Part shown: positions 11,410 through 22,121 of the stretch, piece after piece
Numbering within the stretch: the first letter of the stretch is position 1
Layout of the letters: every line of letters starts with the position of its first letter
Assembly (NCBI RefSeq): GCF_964204645.1
Contig: NC_134025.1
Coordinates: 8,494,001-8,558,000 of the forward strand
Reading direction: 5' to 3'
DNA length: 64,000 bases
From: Tubulanus polymorphus
Taxonomy: Eukaryota > Animalia > Nemertea
The notes under the pieces: model-generated
Databases searched by the model: none
What the model was told of the DNA's origin: nothing
The model's input: only the letters and a program-made list of their open reading frames with translations
Made by a program: the position numbers and the translations under genes

Positions 11410-12815
11410 ATCTGTATCCAGTGATTGGTATTCTAATCCATTTCAGTAATTCTAAATATTGCTCCTAATATATACAATGATCTTGTAATCATGATGTTAT
11501 AACTAACTGAATAGTGCACTGCCAGCATTGAGCACACTGATCCTGGTCAACATGGTTCTACAGATTTAAGAAACCTTGAATCATTCCCACACCTCGACAA
11601 ATCCAGAACTCTGCAAAGCCTTAAAGATTCAATAAATCCCACACAACACACCCTGTATTCTTTAAATATCAACCAATATTGAATTATACTTATCAACCCC
11701 TATGGTTTAGATTTGAGCACTTTTACCTTATATGAAGATGCTAAATTAATATTCATCTTGGATACCTAATCAATCAATTAATTTCCTAGCTATAATCAAA
11801 ATTGTCTCTGACAATATTTTATACGGGGCTTGAAATTTCTATACGAGAAGAATTTCAGATCTGGTTTAGATTGATGACTATTCCAAACTGCTAATTTTGC
11901 ATCAGAGCTTTTGATATATAGTTTGACGAACCCAGAATTCCCCAAAACGTAACTGATTCAATAGATCCCACACACATGTGGCCCAGTTAGACGCAGATGA
12001 CATTTTTCTCTTCTCCCTTCATTAATTCTTGATGAGTCTCTTTCTCTATGAAACCCAGGCGCCAGTAGGCTTTTATTCAAACCCAGGCCCATCATACAGT
12101 TAGTAGTATTGCCCTATATACATTTCGATTGTCGGCTAAACCGTATTCGTATAATCAAATTAACTTCATCGTCAATTAATAAACTTTAAGAGATGTTTTC
12201 TAGTACCCACAGATGGTGACATCTGTATCCAGTGATTGGTATTCTAATCCATTTCAGTAATTCTAAATATTGCTCCTAATATATACAATGATCTTGTAAT
12301 CATGATGTTATAACTAACTGAATAGTGCACTGCCAGCATTGAGCACACTGATCCTGGTCAACATGGTTCTACAGATTTAAGAAACCTTGAATCATTCCCA
12401 CACCTCGACAAATCCAGAACTCTGCAAAGCCTTAAAGATTCAATAAATCCCACGCAACACACCCTGTATTCTTTAGATATCAACCAATATTGAATTATAC
12501 TTATCAACCCCTATGGTTTAGATTTGAGCACTTTTACCTTATATGAAGATGCTGAATTAATATTCATCTTGGATACCTAATCAATCAATTAATTTCCTAG
12601 CTATAATCAAAATTGTTTCTGACAATATTTTATACGGGGCTTGAAATTTCTATACGAGAAGAATTTCAGATCTGGTTTAGATTGATGACTATTCCAAACT
12701 GCTAATTTTGCATCAGAGCTTTTGATATATAGTTTGACGAACCCAGAATTCCCCAAAACGTAACTGATTCAATAGATCCCACACACATGTGGCCCAGTTA
12801 GACGCAGATGACATT
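11410..12815. repeat. Near-identical 595-bp direct duplication (11410-12004 and 12221-12815)
   Basis: The copies are offset by 811 bp with only about 4 substitutions visible, and are separated by a 216-bp unique spacer. Confidence 0.95.
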
Positions 12816-13353
12816 GTGGGATACAGTCGTCTCATCCACTGCACTATTTTTTAAAATAATTTTCACTTATATTCATTAAATGGAATTGATTTTGATAAAT
12901 CTTCTAGGTATCTAAGCAATCCGTTAATTAGTAATCATACTAGCTACATTTTAATAGTCAGTTGAACATGGAGCCTGAAAATCTACATGAGTAGAATTTC
13001 AGATGTGATGAATCCATCACTATTTGAATTCATCAGAAATTAAGATAAAAGAACATTTTTAGTGGTAAATTAGAAATTCCCTTGTAGCCGAATTGCTTTA
13101 TAATCTTTATTTCCCTTTTATAGTAGTACAATGTGTATAAGGACCGAAAGACCTTGTTATGACTGGACCTCCCTGGTGCGTTGCAAGACATGATGCTAGA
13201 AAATAGTTTGAGGGGTAGAGAGGGGTTAGTAAAAGAGAGCTATTAGCAAGAGGAATAAGACCTAAGTTTAGGATATCCTGTCAGAATAAGGCTCTCAATC
13301 TGACATACACAGTGAAATTGAAATATTCTCCCTTCCAAATTCAGGAATGTATT

Positions 13354-13424
13354 TGTGCACGTACAGATTTGAAGGGAGATAAAACAAATCTGTACGTGCA
13401 CAGATTTGTTTTATCTCCCTTCAA
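13354..13424. repeat. Nested perfect inverted repeats (two mutually exclusive hairpins)
   Basis: 13354-13371 is the exact reverse complement of 13385-13402 (18 bp). 13369-13393 is the exact reverse complement of 13400-13424 (25 bp). Confidence 0.9.
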
Positions 13425-14639
13425 TCGGAAGTAAATCTGCGTGAAATGATTTTGGCAATATGTATCAAAACTAATACAGCTGTATGAAGACACAATACTT
13501 AGATACAGATAAATAAATGTGTTCAGATACACATGTATCAGCTACATTTTAAATGTACATGGACCTGAATTAAAAACAATTTCAAATAACATATTGAATT
13601 TACCTTAATTGTATATATCTTATAGTAATACATTAATGAGTTATTCACCTTTGATTCTAATTGTCAGTTAAACAATATCTATTATGCGTAACTTGACACA
13701 CAGTATGGCTTTTAGATGAATCAGTTAAGTTTTGGTAAATTTTGGCAATATTGGAGACCATGACCAGTCGCACGGCAGTTGGAGATGTAAATACTGATCA
13801 GTCGATGAGACTGATTCAGATGTGCTCATACATATATCAGCTATATTTAAATTTTCAGTTTAACAACATTTATATTATGGACCTGTATTAGTTTTTGATC
13901 TTACATGAAATATTGAATTCAACTTAATTGTGGATATCTAAGCCATTGGTTAATGAGCAATTTGTCCTAGCTATATATACATGATAATTTTCAGTTAAAC
14001 AATAATCATAGCGCAAAAACAAGGCACAAGTATGGCTCTGTGGAATGTTTTGAATCAAGTAAAGCTTTGTTTTATTCTAGATTTATCAAAGTGGTGAGAT
14101 GTAATCATGGTTTCTGAAAGACCCGCAGTCCATAGTTTTCCCCATATATATATTACACCAGATCTCGATAGAGCCCTAGACACTATCTTATACATCTTTC
14201 CGTGGAGAAATTCATTAATGCAATGGGTAAAGCAGCATATAGTATATATTGTAAAGTGCCTGAATGTTTATAAATATATCAATATACTATTTGTAAAAGA
14301 ATCTATTAACTGGTGATAAAGTTTAATTGATATATATCTTTACAGGTAAAGCCAGCCTAAATGTACACAGGGCCCTAAAATATCTACACTAGAAGAGTTT
14401 CTCGTCAAACATTATAAGTATTGAATGATTGCTAATATCTAAGCTATTGGTTAATCAGTAAATTGTCCTATCTATATCTTGATTGTCAGTTAAACAAGCA
14501 ATATGAGGCCTGAAATATCTACGGTACATTCGGAAAATTTCACATAAGATATTGAATTTACCTTAATTCTACGTACTTAAAAAATCTGATCAATAACTGA
14601 CCAATCTCATAACGGTGCGGTTTCTGACATTTTCTCAAT

Positions 14640-14972
14640 TTCCGGAATCATTTAGAAATTTCCCGAAAAATCTAAGGAGGGGTCTTACAATTTAAACAAA
14701 TAATTCCAGAAATTTCCGGAAAATTCTAGAAATCTCATTATCGCAGGGGGGGGTCAAATGGAATTCCGGAAAATAAATTCCGGATTTTTCTGGAAATTTC
14801 CGGAAATCTCATTCCAAAAATCGTGGTGTTACAATTTAAACAAATAATTCCAGAAATTTCCGGAAAATTCTAGAAATCTCATTATCGCAGGGGGGGGGGG
14901 TCAAATGGAATTCCGGAAAATAAATTCCGGATTTTTCTGGAAATTTCCGGAAATCTCATTCCAAAAATCGTG
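14640..14972. repeat. Left subterminal repeats of the TIR element
   Basis: Two ~141-144-bp copies (14685-14825, 14829-14972) differ in G-run length and are built from TTCCAGAAATTTCCGGAA-type motifs. Confidence 0.9.
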
Positions 14973-15100
14973 TACAGTGAATAATGTTATAAGGATTTTG
15001 ATCCGTTACCACGGAAATTAACTAATTTATTTCGGGGAACAGTCATTTGTTGCGTAGTAACACAACGACTTTTATCATCAAAACATAAAAAGCTGATCCC

Positions 15101-16270
15101 AGGTTTAGGTTTTAGAGGGTTAGGGTTTAGGGGGCTAGGGTTTAGTGTTTAGAGGTTTAGGTTTAAGAGGGTTAGGGTTTAGGGGGCTAGGGTTTAGTGT
15201 TTAGAGGGTTTAGTGTTTAGAGGGTTAGGGTTTAGTGTTTATAGGGTTAGGTTTTAGAGGGTTTGGGTTTAGGGTTTACGGGGTTAGGTTTTAGAGGGTT
15301 AGGGTTTAGGGGGCTAGGGTTAGGGGTCTAGGGTTTAGTGTTCAGGGATTAGAAAGTTAGATTTTAGCGGGTTTTAGTGATCAGAGGGTTAGGGTTTAGG
15401 GGGTTAAGGTTTAGTGTTTAGCGGGTTAGGTTTCAATGGGGGTTTAGGGATAAGGTTTTAGAGAGAATTTAGAGGGTTTAGTGTTTAGAGAGTTAGGGTT
15501 TAGTGTTTATAGGGTTAGGTTTTAGAGGGTTTAGGGTTTACGGGGTTAGGTTTTAGAGGGTTAGGGTTTAGGGTTTACGGGGTTAGGGGTTTAGGTTTTA
15601 GAGGGTGAGGGTTTAGGGGGCTAAGGTTTAGGGGACTAGGGTTTAGTGTTAAGAGGGTTAGGGTTTAGTGTTTGGAGGTTTAGGTTTTAGTGGGTTAGGG
15701 TTTAGGGGGCTAGGGTTTAGTGTTTAGAGGGTTAGGGTTTAGTGTTTAGAGGGTTAGGGTTTAGTGTTTAGAGGGTTTAGAGGGTTAGGGTTTACGGGGT
15801 TAGGTTTTAGAGGGTTAGGGTTTAGGGTTTACGGGGTTAGGGTTTAGGGGGCTAGGGTTTAGGGGGCTAGGGTTTAGTGTTAAGAGGGTTAGGGTTTAGT
15901 GTTCAGAGGGTAAGTGTTTAGAGGGTTAGGGTTTAGTGTTTAGAGGTTTAGGTTTAAGAGGGTTAGGGTTTTGGGGGCTAGGATTTAGTGATTAGAGGGT
16001 TAGGGTTTAGGGGGCTAGGGCTTAGGGGGCTAGGGTTTAGTGTTCAGGGATTAGAGAGTTAGATTTTAGCGGGTTTTAGTGTTCAGAGGGTTAGGGTTTA
16101 GGGGGTTAGGGTTTAGTGTTTAGCGGGTTAGGTTTCAATGGGGGTTTAGGGATAAGGTTTTAGAGAGAATTTAGAGGGTTTAGTGTTTAGAGAGTTACGG
16201 TTAGGTTTATTTTGGTGGGTGTTTATGCTTGAGAGTACCATAGCTTATTAGGTTAGGGTTTAGATGGTTA
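15101..16270 (+). repeat. Degenerate telomere-like array (TTAGGG/TTTAGGG/TTTAGTG/TTTAGAGGG), interstitial and inside the transposon
   Basis: The G-rich strand is +. A ~156-bp variant block is duplicated at 15340-15495 and 16042-16197. Confidence 0.92.
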
Positions 16271-16354
16271 GAATCCTAGTTCGTTTCTGTTATGTGGGTT
16301 TCTTATAAGTATATGTAATGTTAACATGGACTCAATGTGAAATGTAGCATGATA

Positions 16355-17328
16355 TCAGTAGCCTATATCTTTCTTGTCAACATTGAGGAACAATTTTCTC
16401 ACCGGCCACGCTTGTTTGCAAATTGCATCTAAATCGATGTGTCCATTCTTTAAGTATTTGAAATTTGATATTGGCGTCTTCAGGTTTGGGTAGTTCAGTT
16501 TTGATTCCCTAGTTATTCTGTACAAAAACCACGCTTCTTCGAGTCTGAGTTCATTCAGGTACCAATTTATCGAATCATCTTGACCATCACTTGTAGGAGT
16601 ACGCGAAAAGACCGATGAACAGTGCAGTCTTGTTTTGTTCGCATTTTCGTGTTCTTCGTTGTAGGCGTCCGCGAGCGCTTTGAAAGAGGCCCCGAAATGA
16701 TTTATCGAGACGGAAACATGTTCAAGATAATCAATTGAAAACGCGGTTTGAGATGTTGATAGAAAATAGGTTTCGTTTGGATTTCCATAATAATAACGCT
16801 CGTCCTTCATTCCATTCATTGTGAAATATTGCGGGTGATATAAAAGCTTCTTGTTCACACAATGCCTACATTCTCCAGAAAACGAAGCCGCTATGTGAAC
16901 TCCGGTTTTCGTAAATACATGTGGAAAAGACGGTTCATTTCTCAAAGTTATTTTTCGATCGCAAAACAAACACATCTGTAATGGCGGCATTAGCACGATT
17001 GGTTTAAATCCATCTCTTCTGGATGACACAGTCCCATAAATTATATCTTTGTGAATAGTCTCCATCCTAAGTATATCCGGATATTGTTGACTAATGACCC
17101 CATAAAGATCACGGCAGCACATTTCATTTTTTTCGAATGTCCAACAGATGAAAAGCGACTACTGTTTCCTACCATTATATACGTACTATTCGTCTCATCG
17201 TTTGAAATGTCCTCAGAAGCTCCAAGATATGTACAAAAATGCTTCCATCGATTTGGCATACATTTAGGGAAAAGCTCTGATGCTTTCAAAAAAGAACACA
17301 GTTCTCCGAGACGTAAATAAAACGCCAT
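16355..17328 (-). pseudogene. CxC5-like cysteine-cluster protein (N-terminal part of a KDZ transposase), interrupted and truncated
   Basis: IVLMPPLQMCLFC..FTKTG..GECRHC..YHPQYF..ERYYY..YFLSTSQTAF..ASFKALADAYN..LEEAWFLY fits the CxC5 pattern (LxPP..CxxC..G..CxxC..YH..RxYY..S..A..YN). The upstream part (17328-~17130) is in a different frame. A likely donor CCG|GTGAGA sits at ~16402. The expected downstream CxC6/transposase exons are absent. Confidence 0.72.
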
Positions 17329-17386
17329 TTTATCAATTTATATTCACACAAAACGGTAAAACTTTGTTATGGTATCCAGGTGACCA

Positions 17387-18173
17387 TTTATTCTGGAACG
17401 ATCCGGAAATTTCTGGAAAAGCAATTCTAATTTATTCTGGAATGATCCGGAAATTTCTGGAAAAATAATTCTGATTTTTCCGGAATTCCGCGGTACCCCC
17501 CCCCCTCCGTGCCGATCAGCTTTCTGGATAGATCCGGAAATTTCTGGAAAAGCAATTCTAATTTATTCTGGAACGATCCGGAAATTTCTGGAAAAATAAT
17601 TCTGATTTTTCCGGAATTCCGCGGTCCCCCCCCCTCCCTCCGTGCCGGTCAGCTTTCTGGATAGATCCGGAAATTTCTGGAAAAGCAATTCTAATTTATT
17701 CTGGAACGATCCGGAAATTTCTGGAAAAATAATTCTGATTTTTCCGGAATTCCGCGGTACCACCCCCCCCCCTCCGTGCCGGTCAGCTTTCTGGATAGAT
17801 CCGGAAATTTCTGGAAAAGCAATTCTAATTTATTCTGGAACGATCCGGAAATTTCTGGAAAAATAATTCTGATTTTTCCGGAATTCCGCGGTACCCCCCC
17901 CCCCCCCCCCTCCGTGCCGTTCAGCTTTCTGGGAAGATCCGGAAATTTCTGGAAAATCCGCGGCATCCCACACCCCTCCGTGCCGTTACGAGATCAGCTT
18001 TCTGGATAGATCCGGAAATTTCTGGAAAAGCAATTCTAATTTATTCTGGAACGATCCGGAAATTTCTGGAAAAATAATTCCGATTTTCCGGAATTCCGCG
18101 GCATCAGCTTTCTGGATAGATCCGGAAATTTCTGGAAAAGCAATTCTAATTTATTCTGGAACGATCCGGAAAT
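17387..18173. repeat. Right subterminal repeats of the TIR element (~131-134-bp unit, ~6 copies)
   Basis: The repeated ATCCGGAAATTTCTGGAAAA motif and C-runs are the reverse complement of the left-end motif and G-runs. The ORFs called here are repeat artefacts. Confidence 0.92.
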
Positions 18174-18819
18174 AGTCAGAAAAACGATAGTAAAGTATGA
18201 AAAATGTCAGAAACCGCACCAATCTCACCAATCTACATTTTAATTATCAGACCAAAGAATATTCAAGGGACCTCACTCAATCATTTCATCTAATATTGTA
18301 AATATTCAAGCAATCATTGCCCTAGCTATATTTCAATTTACTTTTAACAATATACCGGCCATAGAGCTTCAATAAAGTAGTGCGGGGATGGTGAGCTTGA
18401 CCAGCGTCTCTATCTTCTCCAGTGCCTATGCATTCTACCCCAGATATGAAAAATCAACTTAGCTTTATGTATGTATGCATTCCTGTTGCCATGCAGGATG
18501 AGACTGCCAGGTGCGGTTGCGGCAGGACTTTCGTCGTTTAGTTCATTCAACGTGGAGTCTTTTGTGGGCACTTCTGGTGGGCAGATTTTAAATGGGCCTT
18601 TCTGAATTAACCTGAAATGAGTAAAAGAACGATATTCTGTAGTTACACAATCCTTTCTGTATCATACATCGTAATTTACATGTGTATCAACTTAACTTTC
18701 AATATTGCTGAGTTCAGTGTTCTTTTTTCGCTATCTTCTGTAGTCCCCTTCAGCATCTTCTTCTTCATCTTGGGAGTCCTGAAATGAAAAAAAAGAGAAG
18801 AGCGATGAAAACCTGGTAC

Positions 18820-19055
18820 GGAACAAAACTAATGTCTGAAAGCTTTACAGCTCTCCGACGTCGGCCACATGCCGAGAACACCAGACAAAGAGCCAGCCAG
18901 GAATATACTGCCCTCTACACGCCCTCACACAGAACGCGAAAACCAGGATGACGACGCCTTACTTTCACCATTTACCGACAGGGTGTGCCGGGTGACATCA
19001 GTAACTGACAAACCTATCAAATTGCCCAAGCCAAAAATAGGGCAGCGCAACTGAT
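18820..19055 (+). pseudogene. Decayed 3' end of an RTE-like LINE, copy 1
   Basis: Mixed-frame translation gives GHMPRTPDKEPARN / ALYTPSHRTRKPG*RRLTFTIYRQ, resembling the RTE-type C-terminus (GHxxRxxxxEP...ALYxPxHGxRxPGR). Confidence 0.55.
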
Positions 19056-19065
19056 TTGCCCGCAC

Positions 19066-19377
19066 TAGCACTCAAAGGAAGGCAAGACTTAATCCCGTCC
19101 GAAGCAACCCACTGGGAATCAATGAATACTAACACTCAAAGGAAGGCAGGGAAATTAATCCCTGCCCGAAGCAATCCCTTAAAAGGAATCAATGAATGCT
19201 AGCACGCAAGCGATCCCGCAGTGAATCAATGAATCCTAGCACGCAAAGGAAGACAGGGAAATTAATCCCTGTCCGAAGCAATCCCTTAAAAGGAATCAAT
19301 GAATGCTAGAACGCATGGGAAGACAAGACTAAATCTTTACCCGAAGCAATTCCTGAAAAGGAATCAATGAATACTAG
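19066..19377. repeat. Five-copy ~65-70-bp tandem repeat with internal hairpins
   Basis: Units start at ~19066, 19130, 19200 (shortened), 19237 and 19307. Shared motifs are AAAGGAAG, CCGAAGCAA and GAATCAATGAAT. Confidence 0.85.
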
Positions 19378-19384
19378 TAGACAG

Positions 19385-19620
19385 TCCAGCTTTACCACTC
19401 CACTTTTAACCTGTGCAATCCGACTGACTTGCCCATCATTGACATCACCCAGCAAACTCTGTTGATACGTGGGGAGAGTGAGGCCTCGTCATCCTGGTTT
19501 CCGTATTCCGTATGAGGGCGTGTAGAGGGCTGCCATTTCCTGACCGACTCTTTGTCTGACATCCTCGACACATGACCGGCAACGGAGAGCTGACGCTTTC
19601 GGGCATTAGTTTTGTTCCAG
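19385..19620 (-). pseudogene. Decayed 3' end of an RTE-like LINE, copy 2 (inverted relative to copy 1)
   Basis: Translation gives RKRQLSVAGHVSRMSDKESVRK / ALYTPSYGIRKPG*RGLTLPTYQQSLLGD. It aligns visibly to 18820-19055 (shared GCCCTCTACACGCCCTCA and AAACCAGGATGACGA). Confidence 0.55.
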
Positions 19621-22099
19621 CAAACGTTGAAATTCGACAGAGAAATCGGCCCTGAAAAATAAAACGGATTAGACCCTGAAAAATAGAACGGATTAATGAA
19701 CACGGAACAGTACAGGACAGTACGGAGACGAACAGTAACACATAAAACATAAAGACGTCGTTCCTCAAGAAGCAGGAACAGGAGCAGGAGCGGGAGCAGA
19801 GCGAAGATCGCCAGGAGGAGAATCCACGGTAGCATGTTCACAGTGTGAGTAAGCTGAGGTGAATGGCCTATGCTTGTGTACACCTAGTCAGTAACCTGTC
19901 TGTGGTTTAGTTTCACAATCGGATATTTTCACAAACCACAGTCAGGAATGGGAAGGTCATTTTTGTATGAAATCTTCGTCAGCCAATTTGACTGACGAGT
20001 AATTTGCCTGGCATTTCATTGTCTCTTAAGATATCCGTCTAATTTTTGTTGTAATCGACGCACAACAGATTCGTAGTTTGTCTGATACCTATAACACCTC
20101 ACCTGACGATCTTAATCCATGTGCAAATCGGCCGTAAAGTGAGAGTAAATTTCCGTCGGGTCAACAGCTGCCATTTTGAAAATTACTGGAGGTGCTGGCA
20201 CCTGTGGACTGAGGCCAGGACAACAGCACAAACTAACGAAGCGAAACGACGAAATTGAAAAAAATTAAGAAATCAACACTTATTCACATTTTTCTTTTAC
20301 CAGAATTTATTATAATATAATTTAATATGGAAAACCTGAAGATTTGAAATATAAGTTGGAAAACCATCAAAAATAAAAATTGTCGTTTCGTCTTGAAAGT
20401 TTTATATAAATCCTTGTAGGTCCCCTTGTCTTATCATGCCACATGTGCAATACAGAGAAATGGCGGCCAATGGCGAAATTGGTGGAGAAATTAATTAATT
20501 TCTCAAAATAATGTTGATTAACCACTCGAAACATACATAAAATTGGATTATTTCGAAAGGTACCTGTGTTAGATTGTGAATTAAGCCATTAATTGTGGAC
20601 TGAAGTGAAAAGAAAGTTTATTTTTGAAGTGTTACTTTTTTCAACCGTGTTTTGGTCCTTGTCATCCCTAACGTTGGTATAAGCCCATCCGATTATAAAA
20701 AGCTTACCACCAACGATTAGGTAACTAACTAGTGTACACCGTGGTCAGCCGGTGACGTATTCAATAGCGACTAGCGTGTATGAATGCTATCAACAACTCT
20801 GAAAAACCGCAATTGTGTCTCTATTGTTGAATGGGTTTACATTATGAAAGGTTCCACTGCCGGGTTGAATACTTTAATAAGGCCATGAAATAAATTACTT
20901 GATTCCCAACAGCTACCTCCGAATTTATTAGCCGCCGCCTGTTTTTTTTTCTTAAATTCTAGAATAATCTATAAATTATACCGACCGATAGCTCTTCAGT
21001 TAAAGATTCACACCAACACAGGTCTTCATAACATAGAAACCGCGTAAACATTTACTAATGAAATTAGTCACAACTACGTAAGGACAGTTCATGTACCCCG
21101 AGATAACCAACTCACACCATGCACTAGGAAAGTGGTCTATTTGAGTCATTGGGGGAAAACCCACTAATACCATGTATTTATGATTAATCATCATTCATAC
21201 CGTTATCACAGATTCCCGTCAATGGAGGATTTTCATTAAAAAACTCTGAATCAAGCTTGATTCAATTGAAAGAGACATATTAGGCTTTTTTAATCACTTG
21301 AAGCACCGATCCTCTGAAATTCTGCCAAAAACTTCATGCTTACCACTCATAATTTGAAAAAAAATTGTTTTCTTTAATTTTGATACTGGATTAAACGGTA
21401 CATTATCATGTAAATTTAGGAAAGTCCATATTAGAATTTCATTTCTTGTTCCACATTAGGCCTAATCTTATCCCAATTTTGGTTTTGGTCAGAGTATGGC
21501 GGTATCAAATCATGCGTACAGGGTCAGTCTGTCCATGAGGATACTAGTTGTGATAAGTCAGACAACATGATAAGGCATTGATGCAATTCACTAAGTGAAA
21601 TACTGCCACCTGCCACTTTTTTCCGCATTAAGTGTTAAATTTTGCTAAAGCCTACAAAAATCATGTCATCATTGATGCCGGTCCTCTGATAGAAGAAAAA
21701 TAAACTCTAAAGAAAAACCATTCAGTAAATGATAATAATAATATTGAGTTTATTAATCACAATGCAATAAAAGTGGTAATTTTCAATTTGCCTCGTGCAA
21801 ATTCATACGCTCGCTGTTGTAATGTGGTCACAATTCTCTGGTGAATCCCTTAAGTTCCTAATCTTTGTTTCTTGGTGAAATAATGTACGTTCGATATTGA
21901 CCCTCGCCATCAATGACTCTCGCCTTTCTTTCCCGCCACCTGAAATAATAAAAAGAAAGTATTTCTTAGTGGTTAATTATTGATGTCGAAAAGTCTGTAA
22001 AACATTCTTTGAATTTAGAAAATTGGCGCAGAATTGGACAGTCGATCAGTCTATCCCGAACTCGCTTCCACCAGCGAACAGCTTTAAGGCGAACAGCTT

Positions 22100-22121
22100 T
22101 AGCGTAGTGGGTTCGAATCCC
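22100..22121 (+). promoter_or_regulatory. Fused Pol III A-box/B-box (tRNA-derived relic) upstream of SLC35F5
   Basis: TAGCGTAGTGG (A-box consensus, 22100-22110) directly abuts GGTTCGAATCC (B-box, 22110-22120). There is no cloverleaf. Confidence 0.5.

Larger units (their letters stand above)
14614..18220 (-). mobile_element. TIR DNA transposon of the KDZ (Kyakuja-Dileera-Zisupton) type, internally deleted/non-autonomous
   Basis: It has perfect 20-bp TIRs GGTGCGGTTTCTGACATTTT (14614-14633 / 18201-18220), subterminal repeats in inverted orientation at both ends, and an internal CxC5-like ORF. ACCAATCTCA is repeated at 14600-14609 and 18218-18227. No catalytic transposase domain is visible. Confidence 0.8.

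Noticed and set aside
15101-16270. True chromosome end
   Set aside because: The array is degenerate, internal and enclosed by paired TIRs, with ordinary sequence on both sides.
17563-18009. Four overlapping ORFs
   Set aside because: They are translations of the ~132-bp subterminal tandem repeat.
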